Below, piece after piece: positions 46,940 to 57,202 of a stretch of 64,000 bases of DNA. The notes beneath the pieces are model-generated. The model had not been told where the DNA came from. It searched no databases and was given only the letters and a program-made list of their open reading frames with translations. The translations under genes and the position numbers were made by a program. Position 1 is the stretch's first letter. Each line of letters starts with the position of its first letter. The stretch is from Bacillota bacterium (lineage in GTDB: Bacteria > Bacillota > UBA994): the NCBI GenBank assembly GCA_018333655.1, contig JAGXTJ010000055.1, positions 103,659 through 167,658 of the forward strand. The letters are read 5' to 3'.

Positions 46940-48562
46940 TCATGACTCCTCTCGCAGGCGCTTAGCTTGGCGGGGGTCAGCACTGCGGTAGGGCTTACGA
47001 AAGACAAAGTCAGAAAGACTGCTAAGGCGTAGCGGGGCCAGAGGGCGCAAGTAGGGTTCGCCCAAAATTTCTAGTGAGGCCATGTGGATAACCACCCCTA
47101 CCCATACGGCTGCAATGCCTATCCCCGAAAGGGCTCCCGCCGCCGCTAGCAAGGTGTAGCGCAAGAGCCTCGCTAGGCCAACGACACGGTAGTCGGGTGT
47201 CGCAAAAGAGCTAATGACGGAGACCGACACCACAATAACTAAGAGCGGGCTCACGAGTCGAGCGAGAATAACAGCTTGCCCCAACACAAAGCCCCCTACC
47301 ACACCGACAGTCTGACCAATCTTGGCCGGTATCCGCAAAGCGCCCTCTTGCAGGATATCGACTAGCACCAACATCAGCACAGTCTCAATGACAGGCGGGA
47401 AGGGAATGCCCGCCCTAGCGGAAGCCACGGCAAAAAGGAGATCGGTTGGCAGCACTTCGTAGTTAAAAGTGGTGATAGCCACATAGAAGGCGGGAAGAGT
47501 GGTAGATAAAAGAAAGGCCACCATGCGCAGCGCCCGCATTAGCGTGGTCACGAGGTGATGCTCATAGTAGTCTCCCGGGCTTTGGAAAAGGTCGCTAAAC
47601 CCCGTAGGCAGGATCATGGCCTCTGGTGAGCCATCGAGCAGGAGAGCGATACGACCCTCCAGGAGGTTGCCTGAAACGCGGTCGGGGCGCTCGGTGTGAA
47701 TGGCTTGCGGAAAGGGCGACCAAGGGCTTTTGCCAATGAGCGTATGCAAGTACTCTGTCTCTAGCAGGCTGCCGACATCTATGTCCTTGATTTTCTGGCG
47801 CAACTCGGCGACCGTCTCGCGCGTCGCTAGATCGGTAAGGTAGAACATCATCACTCGCCTAGGGTTCCTGCGGCCGAGGTCAAAAGTCTCAATACGCAGA
47901 GTGGGTGCTGGCACCTGTTGCCGAATTAAGGCGAGATTGGTCTCTAGAGACTCCACAAAAGCCACTTTTGGGCCAAACACCGTCGTCTCTATTTCGGGAG
48001 TGGAAGTAGTGCGGCCAATACTGGCGCGTGTGCCGACCACTAAGGCTACCTTAAGTCCTTCTGCAAGTAGTACCGTTTCGCCAAGCAGTATGCGCTCCAT
48101 GGCTACGCCTAGGTCAGACAAGTCGGCGACTGAAGCTGACGATAAGAGGTTGCGGACCGCGTCTACACTGGTGTTACGCGTGGCAATGTCTACTAAGGCC
48201 GCTATGCTGGAAAGCGGCATAATAATAGAGTTCGCGATGCTCTTTTCATCCGCCAAACTCCGCAGATAGAGGGCCGCAACTCTACTACCGTTAACTCCGA
48301 GACGAAACTCGCGCGCCGCGAAATCAGGGGCATGCCCTAGCTGCTCCTGTAGGTACAGTACGTCATGCTCATAACCTTGCAGGGGAATACGGCTTGTCTC
48401 TGACACTAGCTTGTCCCCACCGGTAAGCCAGGCCCTGATTTTGTCCCACCACTCTGCCACTTTAATCACCACCGCTTTTATTCTCTGCAATAAATACCAT
48501 TTAATGCAGAGAGCAGCGACAGCGACAAAGGGGAAGGTTCTTTTTGTTTCAAGGCGCAGCAC
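46940..48562 (-). CDS. gerAA: Spore germination receptor A subunit
   Basis: …GPKVAFVESLETNLALIRQQ… and the C-terminal TM block match B. subtilis GerAA. The likely true start is GTG near 48460 (a GGTGGTGA RBS), which leaves the repeat motif at 48516-48550 intergenic. Confidence 0.8.
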   Translation of the reverse strand: MLRLETKRTFPFVAVAALCIKWYLLQRIKAVVIKVAEWWDKIRAWLTGGDKLVSETSRIPLQGYEHDVLYLQEQLGHAPDFAAREFRLGVNGSRVAALYLRSLADEKSIANSIIMPLSSIAALVDIATRNTSVDAVRNLLSSASVADLSDLGVAMERILLGETVLLAEGLKVALVVGTRASIGRTTSTPEIETTVFGPKVAFVESLETNLALIRQQVPAPTLRIETFDLGRRNPRRVMMFYLTDLATRETVAELRQKIKDIDVGSLLETEYLHTLIGKSPWSPFPQAIHTERPDRVSGNLLEGRIALLLDGSPEAMILPTGFSDLFQSPGDYYEHHLVTTLMRALRMVAFLLSTTLPAFYVAITTFNYEVLPTDLLFAVASARAGIPFPPVIETVLMLVLVDILQEGALRIPAKIGQTVGVVGGFVLGQAVILARLVSPLLVIVVSVSVISSFATPDYRVVGLARLLRYTLLAAAGALSGIGIAAVWVGVVIHMASLEILGEPYLRPLAPLRLSSLSDFVFRKPYRSADPRQAKRLREES

Positions 48563-48577
48563 TTTCAGCCCCGCGTA

Positions 48578-49129
48578 CTAGTGCTGCGGACTTATGCCTG
48601 TACGAGAAGCTCCCCCTCCTAGTAGGCTCTGCAAAATCACCCTGTAAGCAGGCGAATATGCCTGCCGATACTCTGCGCTGTGGCGTGCGGCCGGGTAGCC
48701 CTGCTCCCTATACCCCACAAGATATCGCCCGAGCTCTTGTTCGGTAAAGGAGAAAATCGCTTCGTGCGTCAGCGTTTTAAGTAACTCTAACTTCACCAAG
48801 AAATTGCTTGTGCTGCCCGTTCTCGCGGCGGCTGTAGCAACAAACATGTTATTTACTTCCTCGAGCGTGTAACAAGCGTTGTCAAGGGCGGCTAAGTATA
48901 GCCGCACATACCCATTGCCTATGTCTTCATATAGTTCAGCCCCTGCACCCTTCGCAATTGCGGCATATTCTTGGCACAAAAACTGCAACGAACTCTGCGG
49001 GTCTTTCACTAAGTGCCCGCTGCCAAATTCGTTTTGGTAAAGAAGTTTGACGGCGTCACAGGCCTGCATTAAAGGGTAGCGCGCAACATGCCAGCGCAGC
49101 ACGGACTCTAATGATCTATCTTCACTCAC
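48578..49129 (-). CDS. Hypothetical protein (183 aa), no family recognised
   Basis: It has a clean ORF with coding-like composition, and is co-directional between the GGDEF gene and gerAA. Confidence 0.4.
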   Translation of the reverse strand: MSEDRSLESVLRWHVARYPLMQACDAVKLLYQNEFGSGHLVKDPQSSLQFLCQEYAAIAKGAGAELYEDIGNGYVRLYLAALDNACYTLEEVNNMFVATAAARTGSTSNFLVKLELLKTLTHEAIFSFTEQELGRYLVGYREQGYPAARHSAEYRQAYSPAYRVILQSLLGGGASRTGISPQH

Positions 49130-49171
49130 GGTGCACCTCCCTGCAGAAGAGGTAGGCCTAGGTTCGTCTTC

Positions 49172-50611
49172 TTAGCTAGATCTACCCTTATCACTAAACA
49201 TGCGGCTATCGGCGACGGCGATGAGCGTTTCGATTGTCTCTCCATCGTCAGGAAAACTAGCTACACCGTAACTATAGGTGCAGGGGACCACGCTGCCCCC
49301 CTCTAAAAGGGGGTCGGTTAGCAAGGCGACAAGACTTTGCCTGAATTTTTCGCACAAGGCCTCCGCGGAAGCGTTGAAGAATATACCGATAAACTCATCA
49401 CCGCCCAATCTAGCCAAGACATCGCTCTTGCGAGTTTCGGCAAACAGGGCCGCGGCAATTTTTCTTAGCACTTGGTCACCCACTAAGTGTCCATAGGCGT
49501 CATTAACATACTTAAGCCTATCTACGTCGAAAAGCACGATATGAAAACTCTCTTTATACCTCCGCGCCCGCTCGAGCAGGGCCCCCGCTTGCCCATCAAA
49601 GTACCACCTATTATTGAGTCCGGTCAGCTGGTCGTGCCTAGCGAGGTAGGCTTTCTCTTGATAGAGAAAGTGGTTGGTGACCGCGATCTCTATATTGTCG
49701 CGAATAAAGATCATGGACTGTAAATCATCATCATCAAAAGCGGCCAATTCAACCGAGTCCACACTTACACAGCCGATAAGTTCTCCTTGAACATATATAG
49801 GCGCGATGACGGTAGAACAGATGCACCGCCCGCCTTTGTCTTCCGTGTTGACAAAGTAAAAGGTGTCAATCAGACGCAGATCAGGCACATTGACGACGCG
49901 GTCCATCTTGCCGCGTGTGGCGCGGTAAAGAAAAGACTCCTTAATCGGCACTTTAAAGGATCTCAAATCGTCCGCAAAGCCGGCCCCGGCTCCAAAAACA
50001 AAGTATTCGCCTTCCTTGAGCAGCACCGAGCCAATGGCAGCCCTCGGAATCGCCTGTAGCGCTTTAGTCAAAATAACCTGGCACAGCTTCTTAAAGTCTT
50101 CCACCTCGAGCACCGTCTGCGTAACCTCGAGCATCAGTTCGCGTAGCCGAGAGAAACGCCTCAGTTTTCGTTCGGTGGATTTTTTCGCTGTTACATCGAA
50201 CAAATGAATTAGTGCCAGGGTTATCCCCTCTGAAGATACACTCCTACACCGGCACTCTAACCACAACTCCTGTGTGCCGTCACGCCAAAGCCTGCCCTCG
50301 GCGAAAGACTCACCCTCCTCTAGCGCCCCCGACCAGAGAACATCAAGTGGCAGCTCCCGTAGAGCATCGTTTGCTTCTGCTGCATTTTCCGCGCAATCGG
50401 CTATGGTTTTGTCCATGCTTAGTAGCTGCCGGCACTTTTCATTCAGCGCGACAACTTTGCTGCCGTCAAAGAGCAAAGTGGCCACCGGCAGTAGCCCAAT
50501 AGCCCAGCAGAGATCACTCCTATTCACCGGAGCGGCAATACGAGGCGACTGCAACACAATACCCCCCGCCCTAGGTCCTCTTCCTAGTGTCCAAGCCCTG
50601 TGTCCTAGCAC
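49172..50611 (-). CDS. PAS-GAF-GGDEF diguanylate cyclase
   Basis: The GGDEF motif is …VLARLGGDEFIGIF, with the upstream RxxD-containing …RHDQLTGLNNRWYF. The N-terminal region is PAS/GAF-like. The start is uncertain. Confidence 0.8.
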   Translation of the reverse strand: MLGHRAWTLGRGPRAGGIVLQSPRIAAPVNRSDLCWAIGLLPVATLLFDGSKVVALNEKCRQLLSMDKTIADCAENAAEANDALRELPLDVLWSGALEEGESFAEGRLWRDGTQELWLECRCRSVSSEGITLALIHLFDVTAKKSTERKLRRFSRLRELMLEVTQTVLEVEDFKKLCQVILTKALQAIPRAAIGSVLLKEGEYFVFGAGAGFADDLRSFKVPIKESFLYRATRGKMDRVVNVPDLRLIDTFYFVNTEDKGGRCICSTVIAPIYVQGELIGCVSVDSVELAAFDDDDLQSMIFIRDNIEIAVTNHFLYQEKAYLARHDQLTGLNNRWYFDGQAGALLERARRYKESFHIVLFDVDRLKYVNDAYGHLVGDQVLRKIAAALFAETRKSDVLARLGGDEFIGIFFNASAEALCEKFRQSLVALLTDPLLEGGSVVPCTYSYGVASFPDDGETIETLIAVADSRMFSDKGRSS

Positions 50612-50716
50612 TCATTACCTATGCTCATACTAACATATTTTATGCTTTTTTCACATGAGGGAGCCTACTTACGCCTCTTCTACTTGCAGGACCTACTCCC
50701 AGGCCAACGGCGTGAC

Positions 50717-51115
50717 TTACTCGCCAAAACCTTGCTGGCAGCGCTTGGCGATAGGAACATCGGCCGGAAGCAGGCTGTACGTAAGCAGCTCGCTCGGCCT
50801 TACCCATCTATAGGCGTCGTGCACAGACATAGTGAGATGGCCGGCTATAATCTCGCACCTATAGGCCAGTAGGCGAATAGCGCCACCAGCGGTCAGGTAA
50901 ACACTTTCGGCTACAAAAGACTTAATGCCAACACGAACGCCACATTCTTCCATCATTTCTCTCACCAAACACTCTTCGGGCGTCTCACGGGCCTCCACTT
51001 TTCCACCGGGGAATTCCCAGCTACCGGCATGCTTTTCACTAGGGGCGCGGCGCGCCAGCAGCACCTCTCCCGCCTCATTCAACACAATCGCCGCCGTAAC
51101 ATCCTGCATTTTCAC
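50717..51115 (-). CDS. NUDIX hydrolase
   Basis: The Nudix box is GGKVEARETPEECLVREMMEECGV. Confidence 0.8.
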   Translation of the reverse strand: MKMQDVTAAIVLNEAGEVLLARRAPSEKHAGSWEFPGGKVEARETPEECLVREMMEECGVRVGIKSFVAESVYLTAGGAIRLLAYRCEIIAGHLTMSVHDAYRWVRPSELLTYSLLPADVPIAKRCQQGFGE

Positions 51116-51249
51116 ACCTTCTTTTTTCTTAAGGTACTGCCGCTACCGAGGCTATTTCAAGGCCGGCGCGCCAGTATTGACAAGAGACGGTACATCACCT
51201 AAACTAGTTAGTAGCATACCCTAGGGGGTATCTGAAGGAGGAGTTTTCC

Positions 51250-51570
51250 ATGTTGCATGTAACTGACAAAAATTTTACCGAAGAAGTACTCGCCGCTCAA
51301 GGCGTGACTGTGGTGGATTTTTGGGCGCCATGGTGCATGCCCTGTCGCATGCTCGGCCCCATCATTGATCGTCTGGCCGAGTCCTATACCGGCAAAGCCA
51401 AAGTAACAAAAGTCAATGTCGATGAGAACCAAGTCACTGCGGGCAAGTACAATATTATGGCCATTCCGACCGTGCTAATTTTCAAAAATGGCCAAGAAAT
51501 GCACCGTATCCCTGGTGTCATGCCAGAAGCCGCACTGAAACAATTGCTTGATAAGACACTCTCCAGTTAA
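51250..51570 (+). CDS. trxA: Thioredoxin
   Basis: It has a WCMPC active site (a WCGPC variant) and a 106-aa thioredoxin fold. Confidence 0.85.
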   Translation: MLHVTDKNFTEEVLAAQGVTVVDFWAPWCMPCRMLGPIIDRLAESYTGKAKVTKVNVDENQVTAGKYNIMAIPTVLIFKNGQEMHRIPGVMPEAALKQLLDKTLSS

Positions 51571-51621
51571 GACCCATTGTCTAGCACTGTGTCATAGTAA
51601 CCTGCGAACCAGCCCTCTGTC

Positions 51622-52872
51622 CTAGACGGTACCCTGTTTAGCTTTATCAGGCTGTGACACGAAGAACATGAGCCCTGCGGAAACAAAGCAGAGCAGCCCG
51701 AGAAAGACGAAAGCAGCTGCGTAATTATTATTTGTCGTTTGCAAAATAAGCCCAGTTGCTACGGGACCTAGCAGGCCAGAAACAAAGCCGAAAGACGTAA
51801 AAACTAAGCCAAAGATGACGCCGAAGTGCTTGAGGCCGAAACATTCGGCGATAAGCGGCGCAGAACAGGCAAACAGTGTGCCGTAGCCAAAGCCAATGGC
51901 TGCGGCGAGAAACAATATCAGGCTTAGAGAACTAACGGAGGCTAGCATCAAGTAGGCCACACCAGCTAGCACAAAACTAAGCGCTAAAGTTAACTTCCGC
52001 CCCAAAACATCAGAGAGTGCCCCCGAAACTAAGCGACTCAGTCCATTCGTTAGATTGAAGGCGGCCAAAATACTAGACGCACCCGCGAGGCCAAGCCCGA
52101 GGTAGAGTCCATAGCGCACCGATTGCGTGACCATGGTAATGCCAGCGGCACCCATAAACGACCACACCAGCCATAGTAGCCAAAAATCCTTCGTGCGTAC
52201 GGCTTGCGCCGGGGTCAAAGTTAGGTTAATGGCCTCGGCTTGGCTCGCTGCTGCACTAGACGGGCTACGGCCCTCGCTCGATGCGGGCTCCGAAATAAGC
52301 TGCGCGGCCAGTAGACCGATGACCAAGGTGAAGGCGCTAATAGCAAGACCAAGAGTAGCGTGCCCATAAGTATCGAGCCACAGACGATATAGAGGCACTA
52401 GTAGGGCCGAAGATATGCCAAAGGTCAGATTGACGATGCCTGAGACCGTTCCTTTAATATGAGGATAACACCGCTGCACAATGCCGATACCCGGAGAGTA
52501 GATGAAGCAGGTTGCCGTCCCGATAAGAAACGCCCAGCCGTAAATCATCCAGACATTTGTAACCACCGCCGTCATGGCTGCAGCCAACGCGGCGAGCACT
52601 GTACCGAGCATAATCAAGGACTTAGCGCCTAGCCTGTTCGTCCACTTACCGACGACAAACATGAAAATGCCAAGTGCGGCTAAGAGAAAGAACATCACAT
52701 AACTCAGAGCACCTGCACTTACCCCTAGGCTACTACCCCACACGGTGGACATCAGCCCTGGCAGCCCGAACACCAGTGACCCTGGGAAAAAGATGGCCGC
52801 TGCCGCCCCTACTACCACCCACATCTTGCCTTGCCCTGCCAATTTCTGCGTTGCCTGCGTTGTTTTAGTCAA
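51622..52872 (-). CDS. MFS transporter (oxalate:formate antiporter-like family)
   Basis: It is a 12-TM MFS protein with an OFA-like N-terminus. Confidence 0.6.
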   Translation of the reverse strand: MTKTTQATQKLAGQGKMWVVVGAAAAIFFPGSLVFGLPGLMSTVWGSSLGVSAGALSYVMFFLLAALGIFMFVVGKWTNRLGAKSLIMLGTVLAALAAAMTAVVTNVWMIYGWAFLIGTATCFIYSPGIGIVQRCYPHIKGTVSGIVNLTFGISSALLVPLYRLWLDTYGHATLGLAISAFTLVIGLLAAQLISEPASSEGRSPSSAAASQAEAINLTLTPAQAVRTKDFWLLWLVWSFMGAAGITMVTQSVRYGLYLGLGLAGASSILAAFNLTNGLSRLVSGALSDVLGRKLTLALSFVLAGVAYLMLASVSSLSLILFLAAAIGFGYGTLFACSAPLIAECFGLKHFGVIFGLVFTSFGFVSGLLGPVATGLILQTTNNNYAAAFVFLGLLCFVSAGLMFFVSQPDKAKQGTV

Positions 52873-52940
52873 GTAACATCCCCCTTAATCTTCTCCCTCC
52901 TCACTTCGCCACCGAGGAGCGATAACCTCTTTGCACAGGT

Positions 52941-54425
52941 ATGTCCAAAAAAGCAATAAAGGAGGCTGCTATGCGTACATTCAATATCAAAACAAAGCGC
53001 ACGTTTTCTGCTCTTCGCCAGTATGGGTGGTTATTCACGCTGACCGTGGCTTTTGGCGGCCTATGGTACCCCCGACTTGGCCTCTTGGTTTTCGGTGTAA
53101 TATTTTCGTTAGCGGTTATGTCGCTGTTTAAGGGCCGCTACTGGTGCGGCAACTACTGTGCCCACGGCAGTCTTTTTGACCATATTTTGCTGCCACTCAG
53201 TCGAAATCGTAAGATACCTAATGCGCTTAAATCAGTGTACGTACAAGCGGCCGTCATGACTTGGTTTATGTACAACCTAGGCTCGCGTTTTGTGCGCGTG
53301 GCCGGTCTCTGGGGCGAGCTACACTTTTGGGATCGCCTAGGGTTTGTTTTTGTCATGAGCTACCTCATGGTGACCATTGTGGGCGGCACGCTGGGCCTTT
53401 TATTTGCGCCACGCAGTTGGTGTCAGTTCTGCCCCATGGGCACCATGCAAGTGCTCATGTACAAACTTGGCAAGATTTTGGGCTGGACTAAGAGGAACGA
53501 CCGCAAAATTACGCTCGAAGCCGCGGTCAAGTGCCACAAGTGCGCTAAGTGTGGACGCGTCTGCCCCATGCAGCTCATGCCGCACACAGCCTTTTCGGCA
53601 GAGGGACAGTTTAACGACGAAAACTGCATCCGCTGCCTGACATGTGTAGAGAACTGCCCTGCGAAAGCGCTCACGCTCTCTACGACAGATGAAGCACGCC
53701 TTGTGGTGGGACAGAGCAACACTACGGGCTACAAAGGACGTCTGAAAATCACGGCGACGATTACACGCATCGAACAATTGTCTAAGGATGTGCGCGAGTT
53801 TACCTTCTCTTTCGTAGAGCCGCCCACTGTCGCCTACCTGCCTGGCCAGTACTTCGTAGTCAAAGTAGAGGATAGGCCTGAGGTCTATCGCGCCTACTCT
53901 GCCGCCAGCGGAGAAAACAACCAGAGTGTGCGCCTCAGCATTAAGTACATGCCTGGCGGGTACGGCACGAGCAAAATATTTGACGAATTTAAGGTGGGTC
54001 AATCGCACCAACTCGAGGGTCCTATGGGGAATGCGTTACTCGTTGACCTTACGGCGAAGAAATTCCTCTTAGTGGCCGGCGGTATCGGCATTACACCCTT
54101 CATCCCCATAGTCGATCAACTCTTGGCAGCAAACAAGCAGGTCACACTTATTTACGGCGTGAACACCCCTGACGAGTTCATCTACGATGAGATTCTAGCC
54201 AGCGCGGCACAGAAATCGGGCAACTTGCGCTACCTGAAGGTTGTGGCTTCTCCTACTCCCAATTACACCGAACGCAAAGGTCTAGTCACCGATCTACTGG
54301 CCGAGCTAGACTTAACTGATCACAGGATCTACATGTGCGGCTCAAAAGGCATGGTCACAGCGACTACGAAAGCTCTTATGACTCGCGGCATAAAGGAAGA
54401 GCACATTTCCGCGGAAAGCGCCTAA
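52941..54425 (+). CDS. Membrane NapH/MauN-like polyferredoxin domain fused to an FNR-like FAD/NAD(P)-binding oxidoreductase module
   Basis: The N-terminus has TM segments and CxxC clusters (YWCGNYCAHG, CQFCPMG, CHKCAKCGRVCP, CIRCLTCVENCP). The C-terminus reads RAYS…GGYGTS…LVAGGIGITP, an FNR fold. Confidence 0.65.
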   Translation: MSKKAIKEAAMRTFNIKTKRTFSALRQYGWLFTLTVAFGGLWYPRLGLLVFGVIFSLAVMSLFKGRYWCGNYCAHGSLFDHILLPLSRNRKIPNALKSVYVQAAVMTWFMYNLGSRFVRVAGLWGELHFWDRLGFVFVMSYLMVTIVGGTLGLLFAPRSWCQFCPMGTMQVLMYKLGKILGWTKRNDRKITLEAAVKCHKCAKCGRVCPMQLMPHTAFSAEGQFNDENCIRCLTCVENCPAKALTLSTTDEARLVVGQSNTTGYKGRLKITATITRIEQLSKDVREFTFSFVEPPTVAYLPGQYFVVKVEDRPEVYRAYSAASGENNQSVRLSIKYMPGGYGTSKIFDEFKVGQSHQLEGPMGNALLVDLTAKKFLLVAGGIGITPFIPIVDQLLAANKQVTLIYGVNTPDEFIYDEILASAAQKSGNLRYLKVVASPTPNYTERKGLVTDLLAELDLTDHRIYMCGSKGMVTATTKALMTRGIKEEHISAESA

Positions 54426-54447
54426 TACTTTGACCGACAAAACCACC

Positions 54448-54478
54448 AAATCCCCCTGGCCTTTAGCCAGGGGGATTT
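54448..54478. terminator. Bidirectional terminator hairpin between convergent genes (AAATCCCCCTGGC / CTTTA / GCCAGGGGGATTT)
   Basis: A perfect 13-bp inverted repeat is seen directly. Confidence 0.65.
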
Positions 54479-54487
54479 ATCATAAAC

Positions 54488-55759
54488 TTAGCCCAGCCCG
54501 GCAATCGGTCGCCCATCCCTACGGGAAAAAGGCAGCCCTAGCAAGTTGGCCATGGTGGGTGCGATATCCACCATCTCTAAAGCGCCTAAATCGCCACGCC
54601 TTAACACGCCATTGCCCGCAGCTATAAAGAGACAAGTATAGTCCGGTTTGTGTGGCGAGTACCCATGGGTGGCATACTGCTTGCCGGGCGCAGTAATGTA
54701 GTGCACAGTTGGTTCGGCGATGGCTTCGTCGAAGTAGTAACCTTGGCGCGCTTCTATCACTGCCGCAATACCATGTGCCCCACACAGGTCGGGAAAAGCT
54801 GCCGGACCGTGCACTGCCTCTATACCATACTTGTCTTCGCCCGCAGCTTCTAAGAGTATCGCCATAGCTTTTTCATGCGCTGCCAAGTCACCCTCACGCA
54901 CATAGAGGTAGGCACTGCCACCCGAACATTGCACATAGGCGCGCCATTCGCTCTTCCCGCCATCAAGATTAATTAGGCCCTGCTCACGCAGCAAATTGTT
55001 GGGTCGCACTCGGTAGTCGACATTTAGTTGGCCGTGGTCGCCAATGACCAAGAAAGCGGTCTCCGCAAAAGTACCGGCCGCCTTTGTCGCCCCGATAATG
55101 GCGGCCAAGCGGCTATCCATGCGCTCTAAGGCCTGCCTGGCTTCAAGGCTGTCTGTTCCGAAGTAGTGCTTTTTGTCGTCAAGATCGATTAAGTGTATGA
55201 GCATCAGGTCCGGCCGCTTAGTCCTTAGGGTATGCACAGCGCTTGCGGTGACAAAGTTGTCGAGCGCAGGCTGACTTGCCCCCGAGCGCAAACGTCCAAA
55301 ACGTAGCTCTAGCTCAAGGCAAAACAAGGGGCTCCCATGGCGCATTACTTTGAGCGCTTGGTTTTCTCCTGGTAGTGCCGCAATTTCTGGCAAATTGTAA
55401 TTGATGTTAGCACCGCCCGTGACCGGCCACAGTAGCGCTGCAGTACGTAAGCCATGCACAGAGGCTACCTCGTAGATGGTCTGTGCCCTTATAACGCGGC
55501 TATACCAATACCAGGCCTTTTCTTTCTCTGGCACTAAAGGCTGCAGGGGATTGTTGTGCAAAATACCGTGTGTCGCGGGGTGCACCCCTGTGACCATGGT
55601 CGTGTGTACCGCATAAGTAAGCGTAGGAAAGACACTGCGCAGCTCTCGGCTAAAAGCACCTTGTTCCAGCAGGGCACGAAAAGTGGGGAGGCTATTCACT
55701 TGCTCCCAGTTGTCGACTGACAGAGCATCTACAGATATGACGACTAAGCGTTTAGACAT
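54488..55759 (-). CDS. Nucleotide pyrophosphatase/phosphodiesterase (NPP, alkaline-phosphatase superfamily)
   Basis: VVISVDALSVDNW…FPTLTYAVHTTMVTGVHPATHGI is the typical NPP metal-site region. Confidence 0.75.
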   Translation of the reverse strand: MSKRLVVISVDALSVDNWEQVNSLPTFRALLEQGAFSRELRSVFPTLTYAVHTTMVTGVHPATHGILHNNPLQPLVPEKEKAWYWYSRVIRAQTIYEVASVHGLRTAALLWPVTGGANINYNLPEIAALPGENQALKVMRHGSPLFCLELELRFGRLRSGASQPALDNFVTASAVHTLRTKRPDLMLIHLIDLDDKKHYFGTDSLEARQALERMDSRLAAIIGATKAAGTFAETAFLVIGDHGQLNVDYRVRPNNLLREQGLINLDGGKSEWRAYVQCSGGSAYLYVREGDLAAHEKAMAILLEAAGEDKYGIEAVHGPAAFPDLCGAHGIAAVIEARQGYYFDEAIAEPTVHYITAPGKQYATHGYSPHKPDYTCLFIAAGNGVLRRGDLGALEMVDIAPTMANLLGLPFSRRDGRPIAGLG

Positions 55760-55769
55760 ATGCCCTCCT

Positions 55770-57038
55770 CTACATAGCTACTTTTACGGCAGCTGTACCT
55801 CTCTCCGACCACCAGAAAAGGATGGCCCCCACAGTAAACTGAAACATGACGCTCAGCACCCCAAAGCGTGGGTTGCCCGTAGCCTGAGTAAGCATGGCGA
55901 ACATCGCGGGACCAAGAATTGCGGAGAATCGAGCGAAAATATCGTACATACCAAAAAACTCATTAGAGCGATTCTTAGGGATCATTTTGCCAAAATGCGA
56001 GCGAGAGATGGCCTGGATGCCTCCCTGTGCGGTGGCCACGAGCAGGGCGATGCCCCAAAAATCCGCCGCTGTCGTCATGCGAAAACCGAGGATGCTGATG
56101 ACCATGTAGATGCCGATACCTGCTAAAATCATAGTCGCACTGCCGAGTTTTTCGGCTAGACGCCCAAAGATAATAGCGCAGGGAAAGGCTACTATTTGAA
56201 TGACTACTAACGCAGCTAGCATGGTCTCCGTGCCGATGCCCACGCTCGCGCCGTAAATAGTGGCCATGCGGATAATCGTACCGACGCCGTCAATATAGAA
56301 GAAGTACGCCGCAAGGAACAAGAACACCCGCCGATGCTCCTTGGCGTTACTTAGGGTGGCCTTTATACGGCGAAAGCTGGCAGCGATGGGGTCAGCCACT
56401 GGTTCAAGAAAATGCACTTGCTTGACGTTGCGTAAGAGTGGCAGAGAAAACACTGCCCACCAGAGAGCCGTAATTATAAAAGAAATCTGGGTAGCTAAGA
56501 GGCGTGGCACACCTATGCGCTCGCCAAACATAATCAAGGCAATAGAGCCAACAAAGGGAATCGTGCTGCCCCCAATGTAACCTAGGGCAAAACCGTAGCT
56601 CGAGACCTTATCCATACGCTCAGAAGTAGTGACATCCACGAGAGACGCATCATAGAAGATGGAAGCACCGGCGAACCCAATGGCAGTGACAATCGAAATG
56701 CCTAAAACAATTTGCCACTGCGTGGACAAAGCGAGAGCAGCAGTCGAGAGCACCCCAATGGCCAAGAATACTTTGAAAAGACGCATCTTCATGCCCTTGT
56801 AGTCCCCGAGAGCCCCGAGTAAAGGCGCCATCATTGCAATAATCAGAGAGGCGGCTGCGGTAGCATATCCCCAGTAGACACTTGACGTAGTAGAAGAAAT
56901 CCCAGCGGCGCCAGTCAGCGAAGTAAAAAACAGCGGCAAAATCGCGGCCGTCACCACCGCTGAGTATACGGAATTGGCCCAGTCATACATCATCCAACTG
57001 CGTTCTTCGAGCGAGAAACCCTTGAGCAAAACTCGCAC
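55770..57038 (-). CDS. MFS transporter (UMF1/Atg22-like)
   Basis: It is a 12-TM protein whose N-terminus (…WMMYDWANSVYSAVV…) is typical of the UMF1 family. Confidence 0.6.
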   Translation of the reverse strand: MRVLLKGFSLEERSWMMYDWANSVYSAVVTAAILPLFFTSLTGAAGISSTTSSVYWGYATAAASLIIAMMAPLLGALGDYKGMKMRLFKVFLAIGVLSTAALALSTQWQIVLGISIVTAIGFAGASIFYDASLVDVTTSERMDKVSSYGFALGYIGGSTIPFVGSIALIMFGERIGVPRLLATQISFIITALWWAVFSLPLLRNVKQVHFLEPVADPIAASFRRIKATLSNAKEHRRVFLFLAAYFFYIDGVGTIIRMATIYGASVGIGTETMLAALVVIQIVAFPCAIIFGRLAEKLGSATMILAGIGIYMVISILGFRMTTAADFWGIALLVATAQGGIQAISRSHFGKMIPKNRSNEFFGMYDIFARFSAILGPAMFAMLTQATGNPRFGVLSVMFQFTVGAILFWWSERGTAAVKVAM

Positions 57039-57202
57039 CCTCTTTCGCGTTCAGCTTAACTACAGCTTACACGATAAGCGATAACACAGTAGTTTGACAA
57101 GTGTTAATTGGACGAAGCGCTAGGGACGGTTCTCCGCGCTTCACTTCACTAGAACTACTGTCTGGCGCAAGCACTGCCTTCGCCCCCACCGCACTTTTAC
57201 TA

